Shown here piece after piece: positions 17,865 to 26,806 of a stretch of DNA of 64,000 nucleotides. The stretch is from a virus. The stretch spans positions 6,976 to 70,975 of IMG/VR virus record IMGVR_UViG_3300009605_000021; one strand, 5' to 3'. The notes beneath the pieces are model-generated. The model worked only from the letters and a program-made list of their open reading frames with translations. It had not been told where the DNA came from and did no database searches. Numbering within the stretch: the stretch's first letter is position 1; each line of letters starts with the position of its first letter. The position numbers and the translations under genes are program-made.

Positions 17865-18069
17865 CGTCAGGTTTCCCATTTCCATGTTTCCAACGCGTTG
17901 CGATGTCTGCTAGACCTTGAATACCAATATACGCCAATGAAACAGCAACCCATTCATCCGGGCCTAGTTTACCTAAAGCCAAAAATGTGGTGGCTGTGGA
18001 CCAAACTAAAAGTTTGCGGGATGTCCATCTTTCTAAATATTTGTCCATAAAAGCCTTTACTCTAGCCAT
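17854..18069 (-). CDS. Putative two-TM holin
   Basis: 71 aa, SRKLLVW motif, two hydrophobic helices, AAAGGAG SD, directly upstream of the endolysin. Confidence 0.65.
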   Translation of the reverse strand: MARVKAFMDKYLERWTSRKLLVWSTATTFLALGKLGPDEWVAVSLAYIGIQGLADIATRWKHGNGKPDDEQ

Positions 18070-18099
18070 AATATTTTCTCCTTTAATATAATATTTAGT

Positions 18100-18306
18100 T
18101 TATTTGTCTAAAAACATCTCATATTCTAGTACACCTTCGCTCAATTTATCAATAACATATTGTTTTTCGTTGTATGAAGCGAATTCATCTTTATAGGTAT
18201 CTAAAAGTTGAGATGCCAATTCAGCAATCCTTTCTAATTTAGCGTTCTTTTTTATAAGATCCTCTAGTGACAGTTCACTAGTAGTAAGTTTCTCAGCTGT
18301 TTGCAT
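18100..18306 (-). CDS. Small hypothetical protein
   Basis: Start revised to MQTAEK (18306) because of an AAGGAGG SD. Confidence 0.6.
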   Translation of the reverse strand: MQTAEKLTTSELSLEDLIKKNAKLERIAELASQLLDTYKDEFASYNEKQYVIDKLSEGVLEYEMFLDK

Positions 18307-18322
18307 TGTGTATGTTTCCTCC

Positions 18323-21300
18323 TTAATAATTAACATAAGCAAAGTCACCTTTCTTCTCAATCTCAATTGTCATATCTACACAGTCTTTCAGTGTATCCAA
18401 GTGAGAAATGAGAAGAACAGTTTTGAAGTACGATTTGACCATATCTAAAATTCGTATAAAACCTTCCATGTTTTCTTCGTCCAAAGCCGTTGCAGGCTCG
18501 TCTAATATAAATAGATCTGGTTTTGGCAAACTTGACACATTTAATAGTGCCAAACGAATTGCCATCGCTGCAATTGTCTTTTCTGAACCCGATCCTAATT
18601 CAATTGGTCTCGCATCAAATTTGGGGTGTTTAATAAATATTTCAAGTTTCTTATCTTCCGCTTCGAAGAAAACCTGAAAATCGACAATGTTCGCCAACAC
18701 TTTTGCAACTTCCGCATTAATAATTGGAAGCCGCTTTTTAATTATATCATAAGCAATACCATTCGAATGCACACATCTCATAAACAAATCATAAGCAGCA
18801 TATTCTTCGCGGAGATCGTGAAGCTCTTGTTTGTTGTTTTCGAGATTTGTTAGCATCTGCTCAATTGAACCATGTTCTTTAGAAAGTTCAATAAGGCGAT
18901 CTTGACATTCTGACAAATTTTCTTTTTCTTTTATTGTAGCTCTCAAAAGATTGTCTTTCTGAAAGTTTAAAGCTTCCAAGTTCTCAATTGACAATTTGTT
19001 CTTATTATATTCTATTACCTTTTCATTTAGTTGTTCAATCTCTTTTTTAAATCCAACAATTTTTGTTTTATTTTTTTGTATCTCCAATTCATAAGAAGAA
19101 ATTTCGGAATTTAATTGATTTTGTTTTTCAACAAGTTTATTATGTTTTTCAATGTGTTCTTCAATCTTTTCTGGGTTCAATTCTTGAATTTCATTGGAAG
19201 TTTCTATTTCTGTATTTCTTAATTCGGCAATTTCTTGTTTTACTTCATCAAGTTGTTTCAAGGCTCCGTAGGCATCCTTAATAAATTTGCAATGAGAAAA
19301 TTCCTCTCCGCAAGGAACTTCTCCTAGGAGTGATGCTTTGTCTTCTTTAACTTTTAGTTTGGTTTCATGCAATTTGACATCATTGCAAATTAAATTTAGT
19401 TGATTTTGCTTTTCAATAACAATAGATTTATTATTTTTAGTTTCTTCGATATCAAAATCATCATCTAAAAAGCTTACAATTTTATCTAAAAGCTCGTTGT
19501 TGTTTCCGATATTTTCGAAAAACTTTTTATTCCTTCCAGTTAATAAATCTTTTTCTTTCTTATTTTCTTCTAAAGATTTTTCTATTTCATCTATATCAAT
19601 CATTTCGACTGGAATAATGTTTATTCTTTCATTGATATCATCGATTTGCAATTGATAGGAATCAATCTTTCCTGCTAGTTCCTCACAAGCACTTTCTTGA
19701 CTTTTATTTTCATTTTCAATTGCAACAAGTTTTTTACTAACCTCTTCGATTTGTTTATCGAATTCTGTGCCTTCTAATCTTTTAAGCATGCCTCTTAAAT
19801 CGGAGACATCGTCTTTTGCTAATTTAAATTTGCGCTCAAACATTTCTAGATCAAGAAATTTAGCAAGAATTTCTTTTCTTCTCGTCGAACCCTCGCTGAT
19901 AAATATAAGAGATCCCAATTGCGAAGCCATTGATGTGAAAAGAAAATCATCTATCGTCCCAAACATCTTTCTTATGTTTCTGTCAGTGTCGTTTCTTGAC
20001 AAGCCATTTAAACTAATATTTTCTCCGACAACTTCATCTCGCATAGAGAAGTCTATATCTGTCTTTGCTTCAACTGTTGTGCTACCGTGAAGTTTTTTTT
20101 CATATTTTTCTGAGGTTCTTTCAATCTCATAAATGTTGTGATCAATAACAATCTCAGCTTTGCCGCGACAATTATCTTTTGTTTGATTAATCAAATGAAG
20201 ATTCTTGCGATTGTTCTTGGACGTCGAATTATAAATTGTATATAACAAACTATCGATAATGCTTGATTTGCCTGAAAAGTTCTTTCCAAATATACCAACA
20301 ACTCCATTTAAATTTTCAAAATTAATTTTATTCTTTTCGCCATAATTGAATAGATTGTCCCATTCAATGCTTTTAAGTTTCCAATTGATATTTCTCGCCA
20401 CTTCTTCGTCTTCTTCAACGACAGTACTATATTTCTTGTTAAGCTCCAGAACTTTTTCTATTACTTCATCATTGGGATCATAATCTTTAAGATAATCTTT
20501 TATAAGTCTTTTTTGAACCGCCATATCTCGCAGATTTTCTTGAAAGATGCCCTTAATAGAATCAGACATATCGGCTCCGTCACTGGTAGCTCTATTTAAG
20601 AATGTCACACTTTCTGGTTTAAATTTGGCCTTTGCTACATCGACCGCTTTCTTTAGTATGTCCAATGAAAGATTATTGTTGGAAACCAAACGAAGGCGGG
20701 CGCTGGTTGGGATTTGTATTTTGTTTGGTATTTTCCCTTTTGGTGAAAGCTGAATTGTAATGAAGGGTTTTGGATTTACAAAGGAAACATGCTTACAAGT
20801 GAATTTGTCTTTATCTTGAATGTCCCATATCAATAAACCTTTATCATTTGATTCTCCTTGATTCTGTTGAACTGTGCTACCAGGATAGCGGATTCTGCCT
20901 TTCAGGTCCAACACTTGATTTGTTTTGTGAATATCACCGAGAAAAGCAAAATCAAATTTATCAAAAATTGATATATCATTTTCTCCATATTCCATTGTCC
21001 AGCCAAGATCAGTTTTAACTCCATGGATAGATCCATGATAAAGAGCAATGTTAATTTTGTTTTCATCAGTTGGCTCAACCCAATTGTCTTCATCAAAAAT
21101 TGAAAGTACATTCAAGGCAAGTTTGTCGCCCAACATGACCTCACCAGATGCCTTCAGGAGGCACAGAAACGGGTGTTCTAGGGCCTCAACGATAGGAGTG
21201 ATGGCATCTTGCCTATTTGAGTTTCTAAGGTTGCCATCGTGGTTTCCTGGGATTATGTAGGTGGGTGCAATATCCGCTAAATTCTTGAGAAAGTTTGATG

Positions 21301-21478
21301 CCATCTCGAAATATTCAGGACTCAGTTGGGTTTTTGTATGCGCGAGATCTCCACAATGAATAATATAGTCAACTTTCTCTTCTCGCAGTCTGTCGTATAT
21401 CTGATCAAAAATTATACGATATTCATAGTGGTATTTTAAGTTGCGGATATGCGTATCCGCAAGATGGGCGAACTTCAT
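18323..21478 (-). CDS. Fused Mre11/SbcD (gp47-like) nuclease and Rad50/SbcC (gp46-like) ATPase
   Basis: Phosphoesterase motifs ADTH, GDL, GNHD, LGDIH; then GKNFSGKSS (Walker A), long coiled coil, GSGSE, FILDEP (Walker B) and LISH, all in one frame. Confidence 0.93.
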   Translation of the reverse strand: MKFAHLADTHIRNLKYHYEYRIIFDQIYDRLREEKVDYIIHCGDLAHTKTQLSPEYFEMASNFLKNLADIAPTYIIPGNHDGNLRNSNRQDAITPIVEALEHPFLCLLKASGEVMLGDKLALNVLSIFDEDNWVEPTDENKINIALYHGSIHGVKTDLGWTMEYGENDISIFDKFDFAFLGDIHKTNQVLDLKGRIRYPGSTVQQNQGESNDKGLLIWDIQDKDKFTCKHVSFVNPKPFITIQLSPKGKIPNKIQIPTSARLRLVSNNNLSLDILKKAVDVAKAKFKPESVTFLNRATSDGADMSDSIKGIFQENLRDMAVQKRLIKDYLKDYDPNDEVIEKVLELNKKYSTVVEEDEEVARNINWKLKSIEWDNLFNYGEKNKINFENLNGVVGIFGKNFSGKSSIIDSLLYTIYNSTSKNNRKNLHLINQTKDNCRGKAEIVIDHNIYEIERTSEKYEKKLHGSTTVEAKTDIDFSMRDEVVGENISLNGLSRNDTDRNIRKMFGTIDDFLFTSMASQLGSLIFISEGSTRRKEILAKFLDLEMFERKFKLAKDDVSDLRGMLKRLEGTEFDKQIEEVSKKLVAIENENKSQESACEELAGKIDSYQLQIDDINERINIIPVEMIDIDEIEKSLEENKKEKDLLTGRNKKFFENIGNNNELLDKIVSFLDDDFDIEETKNNKSIVIEKQNQLNLICNDVKLHETKLKVKEDKASLLGEVPCGEEFSHCKFIKDAYGALKQLDEVKQEIAELRNTEIETSNEIQELNPEKIEEHIEKHNKLVEKQNQLNSEISSYELEIQKNKTKIVGFKKEIEQLNEKVIEYNKNKLSIENLEALNFQKDNLLRATIKEKENLSECQDRLIELSKEHGSIEQMLTNLENNKQELHDLREEYAAYDLFMRCVHSNGIAYDIIKKRLPIINAEVAKVLANIVDFQVFFEAEDKKLEIFIKHPKFDARPIELGSGSEKTIAAMAIRLALLNVSSLPKPDLFILDEPATALDEENMEGFIRILDMVKSYFKTVLLISHLDTLKDCVDMTIEIEKKGDFAYVNY

Positions 21479-21504
21479 CGGTCTCCTATTTTGCCTCTCT
21501 TGTT

Positions 21505-21533
21505 ACTATAGCACAAAGTATTTTACTTGTCAA
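21505..21533 (-). promoter_or_regulatory. Sigma70-type promoter for the Mre11-Rad50 gene
   Basis: TTGACA-17 nt-TATAGT with an extended -10 TG; AGGAG SD downstream. Confidence 0.85.
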
Positions 21534-21542
21534 CTATTATTT

Positions 21543-21797
21543 TTAATAACCGCTCTTCCATGCGTCTGGATTTTCTCGGGTTTGGCGCCATTCGTTAATC
21601 ATGTTTTTAAAGACATCTATGATATTATTTTCAAGGTCTTCTCTTTGTTCTGGTGACGCTTCTTCATATAATGCACGCAATGGTTGAAACGCTGCAGAGA
21701 TTTGAGGACCACGTTCAAGAAGAAGTTCATTATCGCTACTAGTACGTGCAAGTTCTTCTTGAATAATTTGTTTAAGTCTTTCAGTCGAGATCTTCAT
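21543..21797 (-). CDS. Small tagged protein
   Basis: N-terminal MKISTERLKQIIQEELAR tag variant. Confidence 0.7.
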   Translation of the reverse strand: MKISTERLKQIIQEELARTSSDNELLLERGPQISAAFQPLRALYEEASPEQREDLENNIIDVFKNMINEWRQTRENPDAWKSGY

Positions 21798-21975
21798 TTT
21801 CTATTTCTTTTATTTGTTGTTGAATGTAAGAGGCAGCTTTAAAAAAGATGCTCTTTGCTAAACTATAATCGCCATTTGTATTTTTTAGAGTTGAAGCAAC
21901 AACCTCTTTTGCGAAATGTTCGACAATAGCTTTTTTATCGCCTTCACTCAAATTATCTGTTGTGTTTAATTTCAT
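21781..21975 (-). CDS. Small hypothetical protein MKLNTTDNLSE...
   Basis: Start revised to 21975 (ATGA overlap with the Cys-rich ORF). Confidence 0.55.
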   Translation of the reverse strand: MKLNTTDNLSEGDKKAIVEHFAKEVVASTLKNTNGDYSLAKSIFFKAASYIQQQIKEIENEDLD

Positions 21976-22121
21976 TTCTCTTTCCTCGGGCGGCCTCTTC
22001 GGCGTACTAATTTTATAGTATTGCATTTGCCAACACAGTTCTTGCAAGAACAACAGCCGCAACAACAACAGCAATGACTTGAATTAAAAAGATTTGCTAA
22101 TCTATGTAAAAGATTTTTCAT
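21972..22121 (-). CDS. 49-aa Cys-rich peptide with a C-terminal AT-hook
   Basis: MKNLLHRLANLFNSSHCCCCCGCCSCKNCVGKCNTIKLVRRRGRPRKEK; GGAGG 11 nt upstream; stop overlaps the next ATG. Confidence 0.65.
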   Translation of the reverse strand: MKNLLHRLANLFNSSHCCCCCGCCSCKNCVGKCNTIKLVRRRGRPRKEK

Positions 22122-22124
22122 AGT

Positions 22125-22715
22125 TTATGTTGCCTCCCGATTCGTGTAAGTTGGCTCAACATCTTCTATTTCAATTCCGCGAGATTGTTCAAGAACTTGT
22201 ACCACAAGTTCTTCTGTGTTCTCGCCCAAATCATATAACTCATCAACAGCTTGTTTTTCTTCGTCCGTTAATGTTACTTCTTGCCATTCACCATTTGCAA
22301 ACACATTCCAACGACGTGGATGAAGTCCTAATCCGCCTTCAGACAATTTTTTAAGCTCTTCCTTAATAATTTGTTTCAATCGCGACTTTGTTAATTTTAA
22401 TTTGCCTTCGGGCATAAAACCTGGATCGAGTTCATCTTCTTCCGAACTTACAGGCATGCCTCCAGCATTAGTGTCAATAGAAATTCTGGCTTTACCTGGT
22501 ATTACTTCTGGTGTCATTTCTTTTGAAATTTCCCTTGTACTGAGGTGGTCAAGTAACTCCGCAAATGAATCTTGAAATTCAGCGCGGACTCGACGGGTTT
22601 CCCCATATAAATTATTTATATCTAGTCTGTTTTGCGCAATTAACTGTGAATCAGTCATATTCTCGGAAAACGCTTCTTGAATAATTTGCCTTAGTTGCGT
22701 TTTAGTTAGTTTCAC
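22125..22715 (-). CDS. Tagged two-module protein
   Basis: MKLTKTQLRQIIQEAFSE and internal LKLTKSRLKQIIKEELKKLSE; AGGAG SD; ACTACTTAT at 22741-22749. Confidence 0.75.
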   Translation of the reverse strand: MKLTKTQLRQIIQEAFSENMTDSQLIAQNRLDINNLYGETRRVRAEFQDSFAELLDHLSTREISKEMTPEVIPGKARISIDTNAGGMPVSSEEDELDPGFMPEGKLKLTKSRLKQIIKEELKKLSEGGLGLHPRRWNVFANGEWQEVTLTDEEKQAVDELYDLGENTEELVVQVLEQSRGIEIEDVEPTYTNREAT

Positions 22716-23653
22716 TTTATCTCTCCTAAAACTTTGTATAATAAGTAGTCACTAGAGCCACATAGTACCGCTTCCTTTTTTCGCTTTAGAAATTCTTCTT
22801 TTGTCATCGAGCCAATATCATCGTAACCTGCTGTGTTAATTTTATATACTTCATTTCCATAGTTCAATAAATCTTTTATTATTCTTTTTGATTTATTCTC
22901 GGCATCACTGTCTAACCCAATATAAATTGGTGTATCATTTTTTATAATTGTTTGAAATAAATTTGAATTCTCGCGCAAAGTAGAACCAAGAATTGGAATA
23001 GCGTTTGGGCCAGCAATTATTGCATCAAAAATTCCTTCAACAATTATCAAGTCCTGATCAAAATCCAAATAGAGTTCATTGAATATTATATCTTTTGAAA
23101 CCGGAGGGTTTAAATATTTCTTCCAACTTCCATTGAATGTTCTCGCAACAAAATAATTTACATAACCTTCTTTGTCAAAGGATGGAATAATAATTCTGTT
23201 ATTATATTCGCCTCGCATACAACATCCAACTTTCCAACGAATTATATCTTTCTTTGTTATCCCTCTATTCTCCAAATAATTTAGAGCGGGCATCATCGCT
23301 AAAGAAAGATTTTCATTAGCAAGAGACACAAATTCTTTTGGCAAATCAAATCTTTGTAATGGTATAATTTCAATTTCTTCTGAAAATAAATCATCAAATT
23401 TTGTTATATCTTCTCGGCCATTTAGTTTGTCCCACTTTTGGAGCGCTCGGAAGTCTCCATACTTTCTTACAAGGCGGCGAATAGAACGACCATATTGGTC
23501 ACAAATCCAACATTTAAAAGCGTCTTTCTCTAAATTGATAGAAAGTTTACGCTTATGGTGTTTACATGTTGGACAATAAAAAAGATGCTCATCATTTGAA
23601 TTATGATAACCACCAAATATCTTTTTTAGGAGTTGGAGTTTTTCTCCTTCCAT
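22712..23653 (-). CDS. DNA primase (Zn finger + TOPRIM)
   Basis: CPTC...CWIC Zn domain, YLENRGI, RIIIP, IIVEGIFD and LDSD. Confidence 0.88.
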   Translation of the reverse strand: MEGEKLQLLKKIFGGYHNSNDEHLFYCPTCKHHKRKLSINLEKDAFKCWICDQYGRSIRRLVRKYGDFRALQKWDKLNGREDITKFDDLFSEEIEIIPLQRFDLPKEFVSLANENLSLAMMPALNYLENRGITKKDIIRWKVGCCMRGEYNNRIIIPSFDKEGYVNYFVARTFNGSWKKYLNPPVSKDIIFNELYLDFDQDLIIVEGIFDAIIAGPNAIPILGSTLRENSNLFQTIIKNDTPIYIGLDSDAENKSKRIIKDLLNYGNEVYKINTAGYDDIGSMTKEEFLKRKKEAVLCGSSDYLLYKVLGEIK

Positions 23654-24165
23654 AAATTATAGCCTGCTCTTGCAATAATCAAACTGTCTGTTCGATCATA
23701 TGATCCTGGTTTTGGATTTCCTTGTTTTGTATATTCTACCATAAAGTTTGGTTCATTGTCAAGAACATATTGGAAAACGACTTGTTTTGCTTTCTCTCCG
23801 CGAGGAATTTTAATTCCATTTAGTTTTCTAGCAGTTGACGCCCCAATATATTCTGGCTCAATTCCCATATCATTTTGACATATATAAGATATAATACCAT
23901 TAAATTTTGCTAATGTCAATAAAATTTTTGCTGAAGAAAATCCAGGTCTAAAGGCCTGTAAGGATTGTTCAACAAAAATATATTTGATATGAAATTTAAT
24001 ACTCAAATCGAGCAAACGTTCTTTAACAAAATTTGCTTTTGAAAACAAGCTTGGGAAATGATTTTTATTCCTCGTATCCCATGCTTCACAATATAGCATT
24101 TTGCCGTTGTCATCGAGAACAGTCGCGCCAGTTATTGATGTCGATATATCCAGACCAAGAAACAC
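23626..24165 (-). CDS. RuvC-like Holliday junction resolvase
   Basis: LGLDISTSITG, FVEQ and DRTDS acidic motifs of the RNase H/RuvC fold. Confidence 0.8.
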   Translation of the reverse strand: MFLGLDISTSITGATVLDDNGKMLYCEAWDTRNKNHFPSLFSKANFVKERLLDLSIKFHIKYIFVEQSLQAFRPGFSSAKILLTLAKFNGIISYICQNDMGIEPEYIGASTARKLNGIKIPRGEKAKQVVFQYVLDNEPNFMVEYTKQGNPKPGSYDRTDSLIIARAGYNLWKEKNSNS

Positions 24166-24167
24166 AA

Positions 24168-26780
24168 CTAAAAATCTATCTTGAGCTTGAATGTTAAATT
24201 ATCAATCTCTCTCTTCCTAACTGGAGTAGCCATTTTAGCTATTGCAATGAGATTTCTATTTTTATCATAAATCCCTACTTTTGAAATATATGTATGCTTT
24301 TGGAAACTAGCACTGTGATTAGAGTGAGAACTGGAAACGATATTTGTAATTGGAATTCTGGTGTTTTCAAAATAGCCTGTAGAGCCAGTTGATTGATACA
24401 TGTTAGCATTAAAATCAACATAAGTTAAATTATTTGAATGATTTAGTCGACCCTTTGGAGCATGAGCAAGCATAGTTCTTGTTGGAACATAGTTTGTACC
24501 TGAAAGTGACATGTGAAAGAATGCGTCTTCTAAATCATTGATGGAGTCGTTAGGGTTACCACCTTCATCGAATGGATTATTTGCAGTTGATTGATTGGGT
24601 TCTAGTGATAAAATGTGATCGCGATCACTTTCAAGATCTCCAGAGCCGCTAGGTATTCTTGCACCAAAGAATGTCCACTTTGGAAGTGTAGTGCTGCCAT
24701 CATTCAAATAATCACTTTGAATTTCAGTGTCCAAATCCCAGCTACCAGTTAATAATATGAACCCTTCGTTATAAAGTACTGTGCCGGCAACTAAATAATT
24801 ATCATCAATTTGAAAAGATCCGGTTAAACAAGAAGGAACGGCAATTGAAGTTATCCCTGTTTTCAAGTGCTTCATCCCCAGTGGAAGATATTGCGGAGGA
24901 TAGTTTGTAAGATCTTCGAAGTTACACATATAGCCTTGCGAAACTTCGCCGGCTTTTTCGTCTGGAATTATATAATTTTCTCCATAGTTGAATATGCCCG
25001 AAAGCCCGTTAGGAAATAGCCCGCCTGGATAATTTCGTTCGAGACTGTCTCTGTCGATATCTGTCTTTTCGCCCAGCCTCCACCATGAAAGCAGTTTCGT
25101 AGAGTAAGCAGAGTGATTAATTAAATTACATGCTTTTCCACTGTTATATATTTCAGCGACTTCTGCAGATGACAAGTCATCATTCCACAAACTAACTTCA
25201 TCAATCCACCCTTCAAACGGACGTGTTTCATCAAGGTTGTTGCCAATGGTAGTGGTTGAATCATAAAAATCATACTCCGCAACATCAATGGTTGTTGGAG
25301 GGCTAGTTACTTCCGTCAAGCCAGAGCCAACAGTTTTTGCTACTCCATTAATATAAATCGTTGGGTTGTTTGCAGTATTAGAACCATCATATGAAACAGC
25401 TATATGGTACCATTGGCCGTCTTTAATTTTTTCATCTAGATTCCATACGGCATATACGCCGGGTCCGCCCATTTGCGGAGCAAAAGTTAATACATTCTCT
25501 TCATTAATTTGAAGTATATGTTTGCCTGACAATGTCATAAGAGTTCCGATTTCTATCGGAGCTGAAGAAACTTTGTGGAACCACAACGACATTGTAAACG
25601 CAGATAAAGAATAATGATTTGAATTCTTTTGAACCTTTATAATGTCTGCACGTGCTTGCGGAGGATTAACAGGAAGCCGAAAGGTTTCGGGCGCGCCTCC
25701 GGTAATGGTGTTTTCACCCTGTACACGCTGATCGGTGTTTGGCGGAGCCGCCACGTCCGCTCTATGAACATTGTTATTGCTGCTATTGTCAATTGTTACA
25801 GACAACTCACCGCCAGTGTCTTGGTCAGGACCAGAGGGAGTTTTTCCTCCAAAAAGTATAGATTTTTTACTAAAAGGCGCCATTGTCATGTCTAACAATT
25901 CGCCATTTTTTCTTAAATCTTGTGCTCTTCCAACTAGTTTTCCTCTAACATAAAACTTGAGATCGACAGACCCTCTTTTAATCGATTGGCCATAATAAAT
26001 CGATGGAACACTAATAAGGTTCAATTCTTGCAAATCCTTTCTCCATCCTTCGGCAGAAGAAGAAAAAGCATAATGATCACTCATACTTGTGTAATAATCT
26101 AAAGTGTTCTTTAAAGCTAAAATGTTAGGTCTAGACGTATAAATTGGTGTGCCATCTGTCAATTGAGATGGCGCGCCACTGCTATATAACGCTTTTGCTT
26201 CCCCTGTTGGATCTAAGACTGTGGCAGACCAATCTTCTGTTGGATCGAGTACTGGGCGTTCAGGTGCAACAGTTTGCCACGGAGGATCTCCAGATCTATA
26301 AGTTTCGTAATAATCAACGACAGCTGAATGCTGATCGGGATAATAATATCTTTTTATACTAGCAGACAGAGGATAACTACCAGTCATCATATCTCCTGTT
26401 CTATAGTGATCTTGCTGCTCAGTGGATCCAATATGTTTTAATTTTTCGTACATATTGGTTGTCACAAATGGAAATATTACACTTTTTACGCCTGACTCGT
26501 TTGTTGTGACAGGGTTGCCCTGCCCTTCCGGTGGGCTTAAGCCATCATTTGCAAGCGTCGACGGAACGAACAAATGGTGATCTTTGTTCCTGTCGACATT
26601 TAATTCATATAAACTTATGTTCCCGGGAGGAACACATGGAACACTAGCTGTAAACGCTCCACTTAATTGCGGGGTGTTGTTATAGAACACCTTTCCGTTA
26701 TATGCGGCGAACTCAATACCAGGGTGAGTTTTTAGAACATTGTAGAATAAATCATTTTTCTTAAATTTATAATAAGGCAT
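24168..26780 (-). CDS. Baseplate/tail structural protein with an inserted LamG domain
   Basis: WYHIAVSYDG and FEGWIDEVSLWN (LamG); C-terminal ISKVGIYDKNRNLIAIAKMATPVRK. Confidence 0.7.
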   Translation of the reverse strand: MPYYKFKKNDLFYNVLKTHPGIEFAAYNGKVFYNNTPQLSGAFTASVPCVPPGNISLYELNVDRNKDHHLFVPSTLANDGLSPPEGQGNPVTTNESGVKSVIFPFVTTNMYEKLKHIGSTEQQDHYRTGDMMTGSYPLSASIKRYYYPDQHSAVVDYYETYRSGDPPWQTVAPERPVLDPTEDWSATVLDPTGEAKALYSSGAPSQLTDGTPIYTSRPNILALKNTLDYYTSMSDHYAFSSSAEGWRKDLQELNLISVPSIYYGQSIKRGSVDLKFYVRGKLVGRAQDLRKNGELLDMTMAPFSKKSILFGGKTPSGPDQDTGGELSVTIDNSSNNNVHRADVAAPPNTDQRVQGENTITGGAPETFRLPVNPPQARADIIKVQKNSNHYSLSAFTMSLWFHKVSSAPIEIGTLMTLSGKHILQINEENVLTFAPQMGGPGVYAVWNLDEKIKDGQWYHIAVSYDGSNTANNPTIYINGVAKTVGSGLTEVTSPPTTIDVAEYDFYDSTTTIGNNLDETRPFEGWIDEVSLWNDDLSSAEVAEIYNSGKACNLINHSAYSTKLLSWWRLGEKTDIDRDSLERNYPGGLFPNGLSGIFNYGENYIIPDEKAGEVSQGYMCNFEDLTNYPPQYLPLGMKHLKTGITSIAVPSCLTGSFQIDDNYLVAGTVLYNEGFILLTGSWDLDTEIQSDYLNDGSTTLPKWTFFGARIPSGSGDLESDRDHILSLEPNQSTANNPFDEGGNPNDSINDLEDAFFHMSLSGTNYVPTRTMLAHAPKGRLNHSNNLTYVDFNANMYQSTGSTGYFENTRIPITNIVSSSHSNHSASFQKHTYISKVGIYDKNRNLIAIAKMATPVRKREIDNLTFKLKIDF

Positions 26781-26806
26781 CTCATTTTAAATAGTTTTGT
26801 TATTAA

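Noticed and set aside
18307-18366. IIKEE in the track's 88-aa ORF as another tag copy
   Set aside because: It is a translation of the AAGGAGG SD region upstream of the true start at 18306.
21976-22074. Track's N-terminal extension MLLLLRLL... and an alternative Val/Ala-rich frame
   Set aside because: Neither has a good start plus SD; the Cys-rich frame has an ATG, an SD and coupling at both ends.
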